DNA of 64,000 bases from Octopus bimaculoides (Eukaryota): positions 52,578,483 to 52,642,482 of the forward strand of contig NC_068995.1 in NCBI RefSeq assembly GCF_001194135.2, written 5' to 3'. The notes below the pieces were generated by a model. The model saw only the letters and a program-made list of their open reading frames with translations, ran no database searches and was not told where the DNA came from. Below, in pieces: positions 34,989 through 48,741 of this stretch. The stretch's first letter is position 1, and every line of letters starts with the position of its first letter. A program made the translations under genes and the position numbers.

Positions 34989-36840
34989 NNNNNNNNNNAA
35001 AGAACAATGACTGAACAGGCAAGAAAGATCTTCGTTTACAAGGAAGGAAGGAAGGAAGGAAGGAAGGAAGGAAGGAAGGAAGAACGGAAAAAAGGAAAAA
35101 AAAAATAATAATAATAATACGGAGGAAAGAAAGGAGGAGACATGCAAAATTAAAATGGGAAATATTTATTTTATTTTATATAAAATTATCATGAACTAAT
35201 GAGAAATATCAAATATCTACAAGTGTGTATATTGTATATATGTATACATGTTGTACATTCAGTATTGTATATACGCTAACAATTCCAAGAGGCATCAAGG
35301 TATTAATCTATATTTCAACATGGTCTCCTCATATTCAAGTTGTTGTTTATTTTATACATATGATGGAAATGGAAAATTAGTTATATCAGTTGAGAGCGTG
35401 TCAGATTCCTGAGTGTAAGGCAGAGGCTGGAGGTTTGCATTCTGTTACATAACGGGATATTTTGGGTTTAGCCTAATTAGATGTAAATATATAAAATTCT
35501 TGTTACAGATTTGGTTAAAAAATAATGGGAAGTGGCCCCACAGTTCAATTTTAAATTTCAGTCTAGATCTGCTTTTGACATTTGAGCTGAATCATAACTT
35601 CGCAGAAGGGCATTCATCCTGATTTCAAGAAAAATTCTCTATAGTAAGGAGTAGGAGAGAGCAGGGTCTCTGTGACTGGTGGCAGAGATGGAGGAAAGTA
35701 TTCTGAACCTGGAAACCTGGCTGAAATGCCACAGAATGGGTTTTGCTAAAGGTACCCACCGTGTCAAGAAGTGGAGTTAACCCGGGAAAAAATGAAGTGA
35801 GTCTTGAATTCAGAAGGCAAAGGGATGGGACAAATACCCCAATCTACTGGTCTATCTAGTGAGGGTGAATTGGCGAACTGTAAGAATGTTGGACAGAACA
35901 CCCTGCAGTATTTATTCCGGTTTTCTGCCTTCTGAGTTCAAATCACGCTGGAATTTACTCGAGTGGTAGACTCAGTCTGACACCCGCTGCCATCTTAGAT
36001 GCATTTAATAGTGTCTACACTGTTGCAAGTTTCAGGCTTGGTCTTTGGTTTGAGGATACTTTCTTCCAACTAATTACAGGGGCTTCATAAAAGGGTCAGA
36101 TGTACTGTCGTCTCCTAACTGGATGAGTTTAAAACAATCAGGGACAAATTGTTGCACACCGGTCAATACATTCTGCTCTTTTCCAAAATCTTGACATATC
36201 TCTAATGGCAAAACAGGTGAAAGAGATCAAGTAGACTGAGAATTAAGATTTTAGTGGTAGGATGAAAGGCAAAGTTGGCCCATGTGAGATTTAAACACAG
36301 ACAACAGAGAACCACAACAAATAGCATAGTCCATGCTGTCCAACATTCTAATGACTTTTCCAATTCGTCCTTATTCAAAGACTTCTCCTCCTACATGGTT
36401 GCATGTCTTAACAAGAAAGGATTCCATCCCAATATGAATAATTACATTGATGGTAAAACTTCCTAATTATTATCTACAATCTATTGAATATATTGATTAT
36501 TCTAAGCTTCAAAGACAAGAAATATTTGACAACTCTTGCCAAATACTTCTCGTTATTCAGTTCAGATGGTTAAAATGAAGAATGTTTTGGTTTATTAATG
36601 AGTATATCTGATAACGGTTTGGTTTAGAGAATGTATAGGCGGTTGGTTGGAACTAATTAAAACAAAATCTTTCATGTTATGTATTTGATGTTGGCTGCTT
36701 GTCTCTGAGCGACACAGAACATAGAAAAAAAATTGAATGTCAAAACCAATAATGTAAATTGAATGAAGTAGTGAAGTAGGTTCGTTGGCTAAGTAAAACC
36801 ATCTTAACCCACATATGTGCATGTGAGCATGTATTAATAT

Positions 36841-36872
<32 letters not shown>

Positions 36873-37014
36873 ACATACATACATACATANNNNNNNNNNN
36901 NNNNNNNNNNNNNNNNNNNNNNNNNNNNNNNNNNNNNNNNNNNNNNNNNNNNNNNNNNNNNNNNNNNNNNNNNNNNNNNNNNNNNNNNNNNNNNNNNNNN
37001 NNNNNNNNNNNNNN

Positions 37015-37050
<36 letters not shown>

Positions 37051-38360
37051 TATATATATACATATGTTTATATGTGTTTGAATGTGAGTATTAGAAGAAA
37101 TTCGTAAACAAAACTTTTTACAAAATAATCTTTGACATAATTTCATAGAAGAAATAGGATAACACCAGATTAAATGTATTACAATATTTAATCTTGTTTT
37201 GACTTCAAATCCCATCTCATATGACTTTGCTTTTCATTCCACATTACCATAATATCTTTCAGTAGTTGATTGAAAAGATTAATATTCCTCTAATAATTGA
37301 GAAAAAGCAAAATGAAACAATGAATCAGAAGAATATTCTTCTGCGTAGAGTGGGACAAATACCAAAGTTGATAGGTAGTTTCTCTAACTAGGAAAACTTT
37401 GTTAGAAGCATCCTGGGCCAGAATATATCTGTCTGTCTGTCATTATCTATCTATCTGTCTGTCTCTCTGTCTATCTATCTATCTATATATAATGTTTGTG
37501 TGTGCGTGTGCATGTGTGTGTGTATGCATGTGTGTGTGTGTGTGTGTATGCCTATACTAGCAGAAGTGAAGATGAAAAGGTGGACAAACAGACTTTGCTG
37601 ATCCAGCATAGAATGTTAGTCAACAAGAACAACAATAACAACAAAAATAATATATGAATAAATACATAAATAAAAATGAATGAAATAGAATAAAATAAAA
37701 TTAAAAAATAAATGTTAGTAGCAGAGAATCGGCAAGTGACAATATGCAAGAATCTCTAGTGAAAGAATCTATTCTGAATATGGAGCTTATGTGCTACAAT
37801 TCAACCCCCCCCACATCACCTTCTATTCACCAACCAACCAACCAGCCCACTACCCACCACCCATCTGCTACAGAATCACATATTCATGACCCATCAATAC
37901 ATGAGACAGCCCCAACCTTCTTCGTCCCTCACCCTCACCACACTCCACCCATAGATTAACTCAGAAAATAATTAACAAACCAACTCGGCCACCAGAAAAA
38001 AATAAGTCTGCATGTAGAAACAGGGTGTAGGCTGCCGTCTCACAATCTGACTAAGTAACTACGACAACAGCCATGACTTGAAAGAACTTCCAGGAAATGC
38101 AACTGTTATTTTCTGGGGGATTTTTTGTTGTTGTTGCTGTTATTGTTTTCTATGTGTGTGCGTGTGTGTGTGTATGTGTGTGTTTGGTTAAGTTAACATA
38201 ATGGCGAAGTAAGTGTTATTATGTGATATAAGTAGACCACTTAGTGTAATATATTTTGCATGGGAAATCATTAGATGCAGGGCTGTGAACATGTGAAATA
38301 TAAATTCAAATAAGATTGGCTTAACGAATAGCGATAATGATAAAAATGATAATGATGATG

Positions 38361-38400
<40 letters not shown>

Positions 38401-38559
38401 AAGGCCATTTGGGTGGCATGTGGGGGAGCAGGGAGCAGGGAGAGAGAGAGAGAGAGATGAAGATAGTTAGGAAGACAAATATACAGACAGACAGACAGAC
38501 AGATATGCAAATAGCGATATGCAGACGGATAGCTTGATGGCAAAATTATTAGGCTGATG

Positions 38560-39268
38560 ATCAGCCACATAGACAGACAGACAGACAGACAGACAGATAG
38601 ATAGATAGATAGTTAGATAGAGAGATAGATAGAGAGATAGATAGATAGACAAATGGATATAGACAGACAGACAGATAGATAGGTAGGTAGGTAGGTAGGA
38701 AGATAGATAGATAGATAAACAGATTGATAGGTGATAGATAGATAGATAGAGAGATTGATGAANNNNNNNNNNNNNNNNNNNNNNNNNNNNNNNNNNNNNN
38801 NNNNNNNNNNNNNNNNNNNNNNNNNNNNNNNNNNNNNNNNNNNNNNNNNNNNNNNNNNNNNNNNNNNNNNNNNNNNNNNNNNNNNNNNNNNNNNNNNNNN
38901 NNNNNNNNNNNNNNNNNNNNNNNNNNNNNNNNNNNNNNNNNNNNNNNNNNNNNNNNNNNNNNNNNNNNNNNNNNNNNNNNNNNNNNNNNNNNNNNNNNNN
39001 NNNNNNNNNNNNNNNNNNNNNNNNNNNNNNNNNNNNNNNNNNNNNNNNNNNNNNNNNNNNNNNNNNNNNNNNNNNNNNNNNNNNNNNNNNNNNNNNNNNN
39101 NNNNNNNNNNNNNNNNNNNNNNNNNNNNNNNNNNNNNNNNNNNNNNNNNNNNNNNNNNNNNNNNNNNNNNNNNNNNNNNNNNNNNNNNNNNNNNNNNNNN
39201 NNNNNNNNNNNNNNNNNNNGGTAGACACATAAATAGATAGATAAATAGATAGATAGACAGACAGACAA

Positions 39269-39330
<62 letters not shown>
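38560..39330. repeat. (GATA)n/(GACA)n microsatellite spanning N-gap
   Basis: Direct reading. Confidence 0.95.
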
Positions 39331-39332
<2 letters not shown>

Positions 39333-39479
39333 ATGGAAATATAAAAAAAATGAGAAGAAAGGAACAAAGAAATTGAAATATGCAGATCATTCTACTTTTG
39401 CATCATGCTATGAAAGACATGTTGATCTGATAATGATGAGATATCTAATGATATGTGATGCTATGTAATACTAGATGGA

Positions 39480-39480
<1 letters not shown>

Positions 39481-39533
<53 letters not shown>
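39481..39533. repeat. Perfect (AAT)n microsatellite; one of many (TA)n, (CA)n, (TATG)n, (ATC)n and (AAT)n tracts
   Basis: Direct reading. Confidence 0.95.
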
Positions 39534-39535
<2 letters not shown>

Positions 39536-39594
39536 ATGTTAGTGGATTATCACTGATGACCAAATGCTGAGAATACTGTAAGAGAATGCAATTA

Positions 39595-40075
39595 TTAATT
39601 TGCGATATAATAGGTGAATGTCTATGTCATTAAACTGTAATATTGCAGGTTATTCCCGTTATCATTAAATTGTAATAGCGAAGGATAAATTTGGAGATCA
39701 TTAGAATAATATTATTACTGGTGAATGCAGTCAACACTAAATTGAAATATTGTAGGTGAATGCCAGCATCATTAAATTGTAATACCATAGGTAATTCTTG
39801 TTATCATTAAATTGCAATGTTGAAGATGAATGCAGATAACATTAGACTGTAATGTTATTGGTGTATACAGTCATTACAAATTCAAATACTCAAGGTGAAT
39901 GCAGGTTATCATTAAATTGCAATAATGTAGATGTCGGCAGTCGTCATTCGATTCTAATGTTGTTAGCAAAGGCACATATCGTTAAACTGTGATATTGTAG
40001 GTGAATGTAGATAATATTAAATTGTAATATTGTAGGTGAAAGCAAACATCATTATTGTGTAATATTGTAAATAAA
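39595..40075. repeat. Old 35-bp minisatellite, ~13 units
   Basis: Consensus ATTAAATTGTAATATTGTAGGTGAATGCAGNTATC; example unit attaaattgtaatattgtaggtgaaagcaaacatc (35 nt). Confidence 0.85.
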
Positions 40076-40709
40076 TTTTGTTATCTCTATAAACAGTTAA
40101 CACTGGATTCTGAAGCAGTTGATTTTTTTCTATTTTATGTCTTTTTGTTTTTAGAATGGCTTGTCTGGTTCAGCAGTCATGATGATAAATTGTATTTCTT
40201 TTTTCTTATCAGAGAAAATTATATTATTGCAATACATAATATTACAAAATTTATTGCAAATAATAATTTTGCAACATCATATCTTTGCTAATCAAATAAT
40301 AGCTTGGCACTGCTCGTCAACAACAAAACAATAAAAAAAAAAACCTTGGCAATATTTTATTTTTTTAAAATTTTATTTATTTTGTATATTTATATATTTA
40401 GTTTTTACAATACTACCATACTATTTGTCTTGAAAAACTATTCCACTTAGTGACATCTGACGAGTTACAAGCTTGATGGATTCAACTTTTAAAACTTCAG
40501 TGTCTTAGTGACATAAATTATATGTTGTTGTTGTTGTTGTCGTTGTTGTTCAGCCCCAATTTGGCCTATTATCAGAAAAGGCATTCCAGTAATGACCATC
40601 CTATCATTTTCTTTTTCTTTTTTGAAAATACAGTTCTATATTTAAGAGATGAGGAATTATTTACGTTATTTACATTTGATGGATATTTGTCCTCATCTTG
40701 TTTGTTGCT

Positions 40710-40755
40710 AACACAACGTTTCGGCTGATATACCCTCAAGCCTTCATCAGGTGTC
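40710..40755 (-). ncRNA. Minimal type I hammerhead-like motif (intact core, GUU triplet) in tRNA-headed element
   Basis: Minus strand GACAC-CUGAUGA-A-GGCU[UGAGGGUAUAUC]AGCC-GAAA-CGUU-GUGUU. Stem I GACAC/GUGUU; palindromic AACGUU in place of stem III; one extra A before stem II. Confidence 0.6.
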
Positions 40756-40934
40756 ATGGGGAAATTTCAAACCTGGGTTCTCATTCCTAAGGTATTTTTC
40801 AATGTTATTATTATTATTATTATTAAGGTCACTGCCTGGAATTGAACTCGGAATCTTGCCCATGGGCATATGGCATAGTGGTTAAAAGCGTGGGCTACTA
40901 ACCCCAAAATTCCGATTTTGATTCCAGGCAGTGA

Positions 40935-40973
<39 letters not shown>

Positions 40974-41022
40974 CATCGAAAAATACCTTAGGAATGAGAA
41001 CCCAGGTTCAAAATATCCCCAA

Positions 41023-41068
41023 GACACCTAATGAAGGTTGGAGGGTATATCAGCCGAAACGTTGTGTT
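41023..41068 (+). ncRNA. Minimal type I hammerhead-like motif with G5A core substitution (predicted inactive)
   Basis: GACAC-CUAAUGA-A-GGUUG[GAGGGUAUAU]CAGCC-GAAA-CGUU-GUGUU; same as 40710-40755 except CUAAUGA for CUGAUGA. Confidence 0.55.
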
Positions 41069-41283
41069 AACAACAAACAACATAAGGACAAGTATCTGTC
41101 AAATGTAAATAATGTTCGTTTTTGATATTGTATACACCCAGAGAACATTATAAATGTACTCTTCCATTTTTTTTTGCATTTCAAAATGCTAGGATGTGTT
41201 TTCAAGNNNNNNNNNNNNNNNNNNNNNNNNNNNNNNNNNNNNNNNNNNNNNNNNNNNNNNNNNNNNNNNNNNNNNNNNNNNNN

Positions 41284-41339
<56 letters not shown>

Positions 41340-42267
41340 GCATATATATGTATGTATATATATATATATATATATATACATATGTATGTATGTGTATATA
41401 TATATGTATATATTATACATATGTACACATGTATGTATGTGTGTGTGTGTGCATGATCATGTATGTGTGTATGTATAATGTATGTGAATTAGCACACACA
41501 TACACACACTCTCACACATGTATGTTTACATGTCCCGCAAGCACGCAATTACAACTGCGTGCACATGTGCGTGTGTGTGTGTGCGTGTATGTATGTATGT
41601 ATGTATGTATGTATGTATGTATGTGTAGTCATATTATAACATGTGTTTAAATGGAACACATCGTTTTGCAAAGCTCAGATGCGAGACTCAGGTGGTGTGA
41701 GTTTCAATGTCCTTCACGAATCGTTTAAGAAAATTAAGATGCATGGATTGAGGGTAATTAAAAATATTCATTCACTGAATTGAAGATTGCCATGACACAA
41801 GGTGCTTATTATTATTTTTTATAATCTGAAGAAGTCTTGCATTTATTAATGAATAAAGAATAAAGATGCAACAGAGAATGAATAAATCATAATGCGCTTC
41901 AGTCTATGATTGAGTACAATACTTACTGGGCGTGTGTATGTGAGGGGGAGGTATCTGGAAAAAGAAGCAAGCTTTAAGCAATTTGGTAGGATTTATTATA
42001 ATTGTTGTTACTTTTATTTTATTATTTTTTTTCAGTTTCTAAGGAAAATAAGCAGAGAAAAATAAAATGAAATAAAATAAAATAAAATGTAATATAAAAT
42101 GAACAAAAAAAAAAGACAATTCAAAAATTTACAAAAAATAATAAAATAAATCAATGGAAACAAACTCTCAGAGAGAAGAACAATGCAAGAAGTAAAGTAA
42201 AAAAAATAAAGAAATAAAGATATATTGTGTGTGTATGTGCATATATATATGCATGTATGTATATATA

Positions 42268-42331
<64 letters not shown>

Positions 42332-43324
42332 NNNNNNNNNNNNNNNNNNNNNNNNNNNNNNNNNNNNNNNNNNNNNNNNNNNNNNNNNNNNNNNNNNNNN
42401 NNNNNNNNNNNNNNNNNNNNNNNNNNNNNNNNNNNNNNNNNNNNNNNNNNNNNNNNNNNNNNNNNNNNNNNNNNNNNNNNNNNNNNNNNNNNNNNNNNNN
42501 NNNNNNNNNNNNNNNNNNNNNNNNNNNNNNNNNNNNNNNNNNNNNNNNNNNNNNNNNNNNNNNNNNNNNNNNNNNNNNNNNNNNNNNNNNNNNNNNNNNN
42601 NNNNNNNNNNNNNNNNNNNNNNNNNNNNNNNNNNNNNNNNNNNNNNNNNNNNNNNNNNNNNNNNNNNNNNNNNNNNNNNNNNNNNNNNNNNNNNNNNNNN
42701 NNNNNNNNNNNNNNNNNNNNNNNNNNNNNNNNNNNNNNNNNNNNNNNNNNNNNNNNNNNNNNNNNNNNNNNNNNNNNNNNNNNNNNNNNNNNNNNNNNNN
42801 NNNNNNNNNNNNNNNNNNNNNNNNNNNNNNNNNNNNNNNNNNNNNNNNNNNNNNNNNNNNNNNNNNNNNNNNNNNNNNNNNNNNNNNNNNNNNNNNNNNN
42901 NNNNNNNNNNNNNNNNNNNNNNNNNNNNNNNNNNNNNNNNNNNNNNNNTATATATATAGTAACCCTTTGGATGTATGTTTAATGTATGTGCCTCCCTGTG
43001 TGTGTATACCATAACTGCTGCTGCCGCAGTCATCGTCATCGTCGTCATCATTTAATGGCCATGTTCCATGTTAGCATGAGTTGGATGGTTTGACAGGATC
43101 TGACAATTCTGGAGGCAACATCATACTCCAATGTCTGGTTTGGGAGAATTTCTATGGCTGTGTGACCTTCTTAAGGCCAACCTTTATTTTTACTGTGGTA
43201 CCAGTAATAGTGAAGTTGCCATGCACACTGAAATGCTATGAAGCTTTTCAACTGAATGGAGCTCCAGTCAAGGGGCAGATGGCCCTTTGGCTGGCTGGGC
43301 ACTCTGTCATTTATGGCAATGTGT

Positions 43325-43612
43325 ATTCCAGTTGATCTGATCAGTGGAAGAGCCTGCTCATGAAATAATCATGCAAGTGGCTGAGTACTCCACAGACATA
43401 CCTACTATTAATGTTATTCTCAGGGAGATTTAGCATGACTTAGAAAGTGATAACGCTGGCCCTTTGAATTACAGGTACAACTCATTTTTACCAGCTGAGT
43501 GGACTGGAGTAACATGGCATAAGGCATCTTACTCAAGGACACTGCATACCCTTGGGAATTGAACTCACAGCAATGTGATTGTGAGCTAAATACACTAACC
43601 ACTAAGCTATAT
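43325..43612 (-). mobile_element. Chimeric SINE: family C head plus family B 3' body
   Basis: 43470-43612 matches the family C head; 43325-43470 matches the family B 3' part (gagtgctcagccacttgcac...gttgatcggatcaac-like). Confidence 0.7.
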
Positions 43613-43924
43613 GAATCCCCTTTTTACAAGAGGATGAAGTGTTAAAGCGAGCAAGAAAGGGCCAGGATAGAACAGGTTTTCATGCTGTCGAAGACTTACA
43701 TAGCTTCTCACATTATAGAAAAAAGGAGCCAGAGTGACTGAGGTGGAGCTACAAGGAGACAGAAGCAGTAGTGATCAGGTGTTATGGTGGACCCTCAAGA
43801 GGTGAGAAGAAGTGACAAGGGAAAGGTTGGTAGAGACTGCACGAGTGTATGAGTGAATGAGAGAAAGAGAATGGGTGAGAAGGGAAATATAATGAACAAG
43901 TGTTGAGGGATTAGATACACATCT

Positions 43925-44112
43925 GGTGTTGGTGCCACATAAAAAGTGACATGGTACACTGTGTAAAGTGGTTGGCATCAGAAAGGGTATCCAGCTGTAG
44001 AACTCAAAATAGATAACGGAGCCTGATGTTGCTCCTGACTGTGCCAGCTCCTATCAAACCACCCAACCCATGCCAGCATGGAAAACAGACGTTAAATGAT
44101 AATGATGATGAT
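43925..44112 (+). mobile_element. Family D older subfamily copy
   Basis: gtggttggcatcagaaagggtatccagctgtag...cccatgccagcatggaaaacagacgttaaatgat(GAT)n. Confidence 0.8.
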
Positions 44113-44184
44113 GTGTGTATGTAAATGTGTGTACAAGTGTGTGTGTGTGTGTGTGTGAGAGTGAGAGAGAAAGAGAGAGAGTGA

Positions 44185-44235
<51 letters not shown>

Positions 44236-45104
44236 TATGTGTGTGTGAGTAACTGTATGTGTTTGTATTAAAAATTTATAATTTCAGTTTTGTCTGAATC
44301 ACAACTAGGATGACTGGACACTGGCTATTCCTGTCCAGTGGTCAATGGACTTCCCATAGTCACATGGTTTGGAATCAAACCAGTGAATGATGCACATTTA
44401 AAGAGCATCTGTCAAAAGTTATTGCATAACAATAATTCTCTTTTATAGAAACAATTCTATTTTAGTATGTAGAATTGTCTGCAAGACTGCAACTGCAGGC
44501 TCTTGAAATTCCAATTGAGAAAGTTTAATTTATTAAATGGTCATTGGCACAAGAGATGGGGGATGTGGTGGGCGGTGGGGCAATGCTAAACTTAGATTAA
44601 ATGCAGTGATAATTTGCTATGAATTTGTCTTGGGAAGAACTGAATGTAAAAATGTAAGGAGGATAACAAGAGTGGCCTCTGTGTGATTGCCTGATGTGCT
44701 AGAAATAGCAGCCGAATCTTCCTAATTAGCATTTACAAAAAGAAGGACGTTTTGAATAATTTAGTCCTAGATATCCTGTGTCTGAAAAAACAAATAAAAA
44801 GATGAAGTGATTGTTTGGGGCCGGATTGCATCTGATAAGAGGTCTTCTCAATCAGATTGAACACATGTCTAAACAACAACAACAACAACAACAACAACAG
44901 TTTGGATGGAAGGTTATAAGTGGCCGCTCACCTGTCTTGCTAGAAGTAGCAACCAAATCTCTCTCGAAATACTCCCTATCTACTTACTTTATAAAAAGAT
45001 GGACATCGTAGTCCTAGCGCTTCATGTTCTGATAGTTGTGAAAAAGGAAGGAGAGGTGAAGAAGAAAAGAAGGAGAATGTTAGGAATATGATAGAGGAAC
45101 TCAC

Positions 45105-45199
45105 TGATGTTGTCATTGTGGTAGTGGTCGCATTGTTCACCGAGGCTAGTTCGAAGCTCTGACACTGGGCTTGTGTGGCTGTCGTCGATGTCTTCGTAT
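45105..45199 (-). CDS. Candidate 95-nt coding exon of an unidentified minus-strand gene
   Basis: Minus strand: ttatttcctgcccag|ATACG ... ACATCA|gtgagt. Two open frames (DTKTSTTATQAQCQSFELASVNNATTTTMTTS or YEDIDDSHTSPVSELRTSLGEQCDHYHNDNI); CpG-rich versus flanks; all plus frames closed. Confidence 0.45.
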
Positions 45200-45379
45200 C
45201 TGGGCAGGAAATAATGGAATAAATTGGACAGAAAATAAATAAAGGAGTTATAAAATTATTGTTATTATTGGAAAAAATAGGTGAGATCAGATTTGGCATG
45301 ACTGCATTTATTTTATTCAGAATATAACTGAAATAAAAAATAAATATATTCAAATGAACTTTATACATACATACATACA

Positions 45380-45413
<34 letters not shown>

Positions 45414-45423
45414 NNNNNNNNNN

Positions 45424-45461
<38 letters not shown>

Positions 45462-45968
45462 ATATATATGTATATATACACATACATATAGTCATTAAAC
45501 GTTCCTGTTCCATGCTGGCATATTATATATATACATATGTTATATGTGTGTGTGTGTATATATATACATACATATATACACATACATATTCACGACACTA
45601 ACTGCCTGTTAAAGTGCTCAGGATATAACTGTTGTATTTTAACTCCAAATTTCCCATTACACTCGAAAACAGCTGCCTGTGAAGAAAATTCATGTTATTA
45701 CACAGTTAATTTCATGTTACAGCTTTGTTGGCCATAATGGTCATAGAGTATGATAAAGAGTATGAAAAAAAAAAAAAAGCAGAATATAACATGAAATTAT
45801 TTACTTTTAACATCATTATATGTATTTCTGAAACAATTATGTAATGATGACCATGTTGTTAAATATTACCCTTGAGACTCAGAAATTTATGTTGTTAGTA
45901 AATAATTTCACACTTCTGTTCTTGCTTCCTACAGTGTGTGTATACATGAATGCACACATGCTTGTGCA

Positions 45969-46026
<58 letters not shown>

Positions 46027-47428
46027 CTATGTTTGTATGTGAGCGCCATAGTTCAGCAGTTGACTTGGTCTCTTTGCAATAGTTTGGCATTTTGACACAA
46101 AATAATACCGAATGTGATCAACTAAAAGTTACATTTATGTTGTTTCTCTTGAAATAGCTCAAAGAAATTGTGATCATTTTGGAAATGTATCTTGACAAGA
46201 CAGGAAATTTTCTCCTAAGCACTTTCTTGAGAGACAAAAATCACTTTTAATAAGACTGCTTTTATTCAAATGCAAACTATATTACAAAGAGTCCCATGGT
46301 GAAATAGAGCCTTGTGATACAAATGAAATGCCATATGTGATATATAATATAGTATACATATATCACAGCAGACACCTTGATCAGCAGTTATTGATTGCAG
46401 AGTATATTTGTATAAAAATTGCCTATACCAACACAACAACTAATTTTGATTAGTGCCTAGGAAAGTACTGTAGTCTTGAAATTTATTTGGAGATTCAGTG
46501 CTGAAGAAGCAAACAATAACCATTACACAGGCAATCATGCACAGAACATAAATATTTGGAAAGGATCAAGTTACAACAGTTCCAGTCATTCTGAGAAACA
46601 CCATATTTTTTATCACACGTGTATATACATACATACATACATATATCTGTCTGTGTATGTATGTATGTAGGAATGTGTGTATATATATAAATATATATCA
46701 GGCATGTGCATTGAGTAATTACTCAGGGTAGGCAGTTGGTGATGTTTATGTAGTAAAACACAGAAAAATAATGAGTGAAACATATCATGTGACTGAGCTG
46801 GAGGTAGATTTACTTTTGCCTTTATAGCGCATAAAGAAAATGTTGTTGTAGGAATGTACACAGCACGTGTACTACAGCAGTACTATGTGTAGCTTTAATA
46901 CCAAGATTAAAAGGCAGGGGCGAATTATGCCTACCTAATCTATGAAAAAATAAAATATTTTGAATTTTATGCATAGTAATCAGAGTAACCTTCATAATTT
47001 TATCGAATTAGGTGCATATTTTGCCATAAAAGGAAAATGTTACTATCGAACTATTTCATTGAGGGTAGGCACTACTTATTTTTCCCACCCAGCCGGCACA
47101 TCCCTGATATATTTATATATGTATGTATACATATATGCTCATGTATGTATGCATATAGATAATATAATATATAAATATACATATATATACACAGGGGTAT
47201 GTGTTTGTGTCCCGTTGTCTTGATATCACATGCTATTTGTAAACAAACATAACTTCTATGCAAGTGGTGGGGGTTTGTAAATAATCTTCCATAAAACCCA
47301 TGCCTGCATTAGGGGAAAGTATCCGGCTTGAAAGTAGGGGTCAGGGTTGATGACGAATATGTGCCTTCACTTCATCAATGACTGAGAGCAATGTGCAGGA
47401 AAAAAGGAATTTATGACCACACACACAC

Positions 47429-47461
<33 letters not shown>

Positions 47462-48551
47462 TGTATATGGTCAGTATGGAATGGTATCCTCACAGCAATA
47501 ATAAACACATAAGTTCATATTGTTGTGTGTATTTGTGAATACACACACACACACACACACACACAACTATATATAAAACAGGACTAACAGGTAGGTTCTG
47601 GAGGAGGAGGAGAGAAGAAGGAGGAGGAGAAGTGGAGGAGGAGGAAAAGAAGAAGAAATGGAGGAGGAGGAGGTAGTAGTAGTAGGTGGGGGTGTCTTGA
47701 ATGAATTAAACCCATCAGCAATATTGGCATGTAGGAGACAAAATGGAAAAAGTGTTGGAGGAAAAGAGGAGAGATGGACATTGAGCATAAATCAATAGCT
47801 TCCAATACACAGTTCACTGTGTTGTTGTTGTTGTCTTATTTCTGACCAGACCAAATAGCAGAAACAAAGATAATTCAATCACTTAAGGGATTTCCACTGA
47901 GAAATTTAATTTATTACAAGAACGATTCTGCAAATTTCGTCATTACAGAATTATCTGTTCATTACCAGACAATGACTGAGCTGTTCTAACGAGCTAACAA
48001 CGAAGTGGAGTCTTTGTTGTGAGCCGGTGATGAGTACGCTATACCATTTGTTTTTTTTTAATGATCTGCTGAAAATAGTAGCCAAATCTGTCTGTTAAAA
48101 TCATACCCTTGTCTTTTTTATATTTTTTAATTAAAAGAACTCAAGTGATTTGATCTGAGATCACATGTCAAAACTAAAACGATCGCAGTGTGGTAGACTC
48201 ATATTGGCCACTGAAAAACACACAAAGACTATTAACTTCACTTAAAGTTTATTGTTAGAAATCAAGATTTTGATCAGACAAGCTGTGACCTGGTCACTGA
48301 CAAGATTTGGGAGTGTAAATTTTATACGTTGTTAAATACAATACAGTGTGAAAAAAACAAGAAAATGATTGAATGGTCATGATTTGAACTCTTAAGGTGA
48401 TAAGCTGGCAGAATTGTTTGGATGCTGGGCAAAATACTTAGCAGTATTTTGTCTATCTTTATGTTCTGAGTTCAATTGCTACTGGGGGTGATTGTTATCT
48501 ATAAGTCTCCAACGAATTGTGTGTGTGTGTACATATAAATGTATATACCTG

Positions 48552-48608
<57 letters not shown>

Positions 48609-48741
48609 TTATATATAAATATATGTGTGAAAGTGTGTATTGGTCTATCATGTGATACACTATAAGTGTGAATGTGTGTAAATGTGAGTGTGTGTGTGTA
48701 TGCAAGTGTTTAGCTCTGTGAATAACGTCAATATCACTTAC

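Larger units (their letters stand above)
40657..41115. mobile_element. Head-to-head inverted pair of a tRNA-headed, hammerhead-bearing retroelement (SINE-like / Penelope-type 3' end)
   Basis: Right copy (+, 40858-41115): A-box TGGCATAGTGG, B-box-like, (AAT)n, body, HHR, tail aaatgtaaataa. Left copy (-, 40657-40857) is 5'-truncated within the tRNA head. About 14 mismatches in ~140 nt between arms by eye. Confidence 0.75.

Noticed and set aside
30558-40075. 21-bp and 35-bp arrays as CRISPR-like
   Set aside because: Contiguous degenerate tandem units with no unique spacers; eukaryotic context; no cas genes.
40446-40514. CUGACGA with a GACAU/GUGUC stem and an 11-bp direct repeat (cttagtgacat)
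   Set aside because: No GAAA half; cannot be supported as a ribozyme.
47960-48068. Minus-strand exon candidate YSVLITGSQQRLHF...|gtaatg
   Set aside because: The acceptor is a SINE motif and its phase is incompatible with the neighbouring candidate exons.
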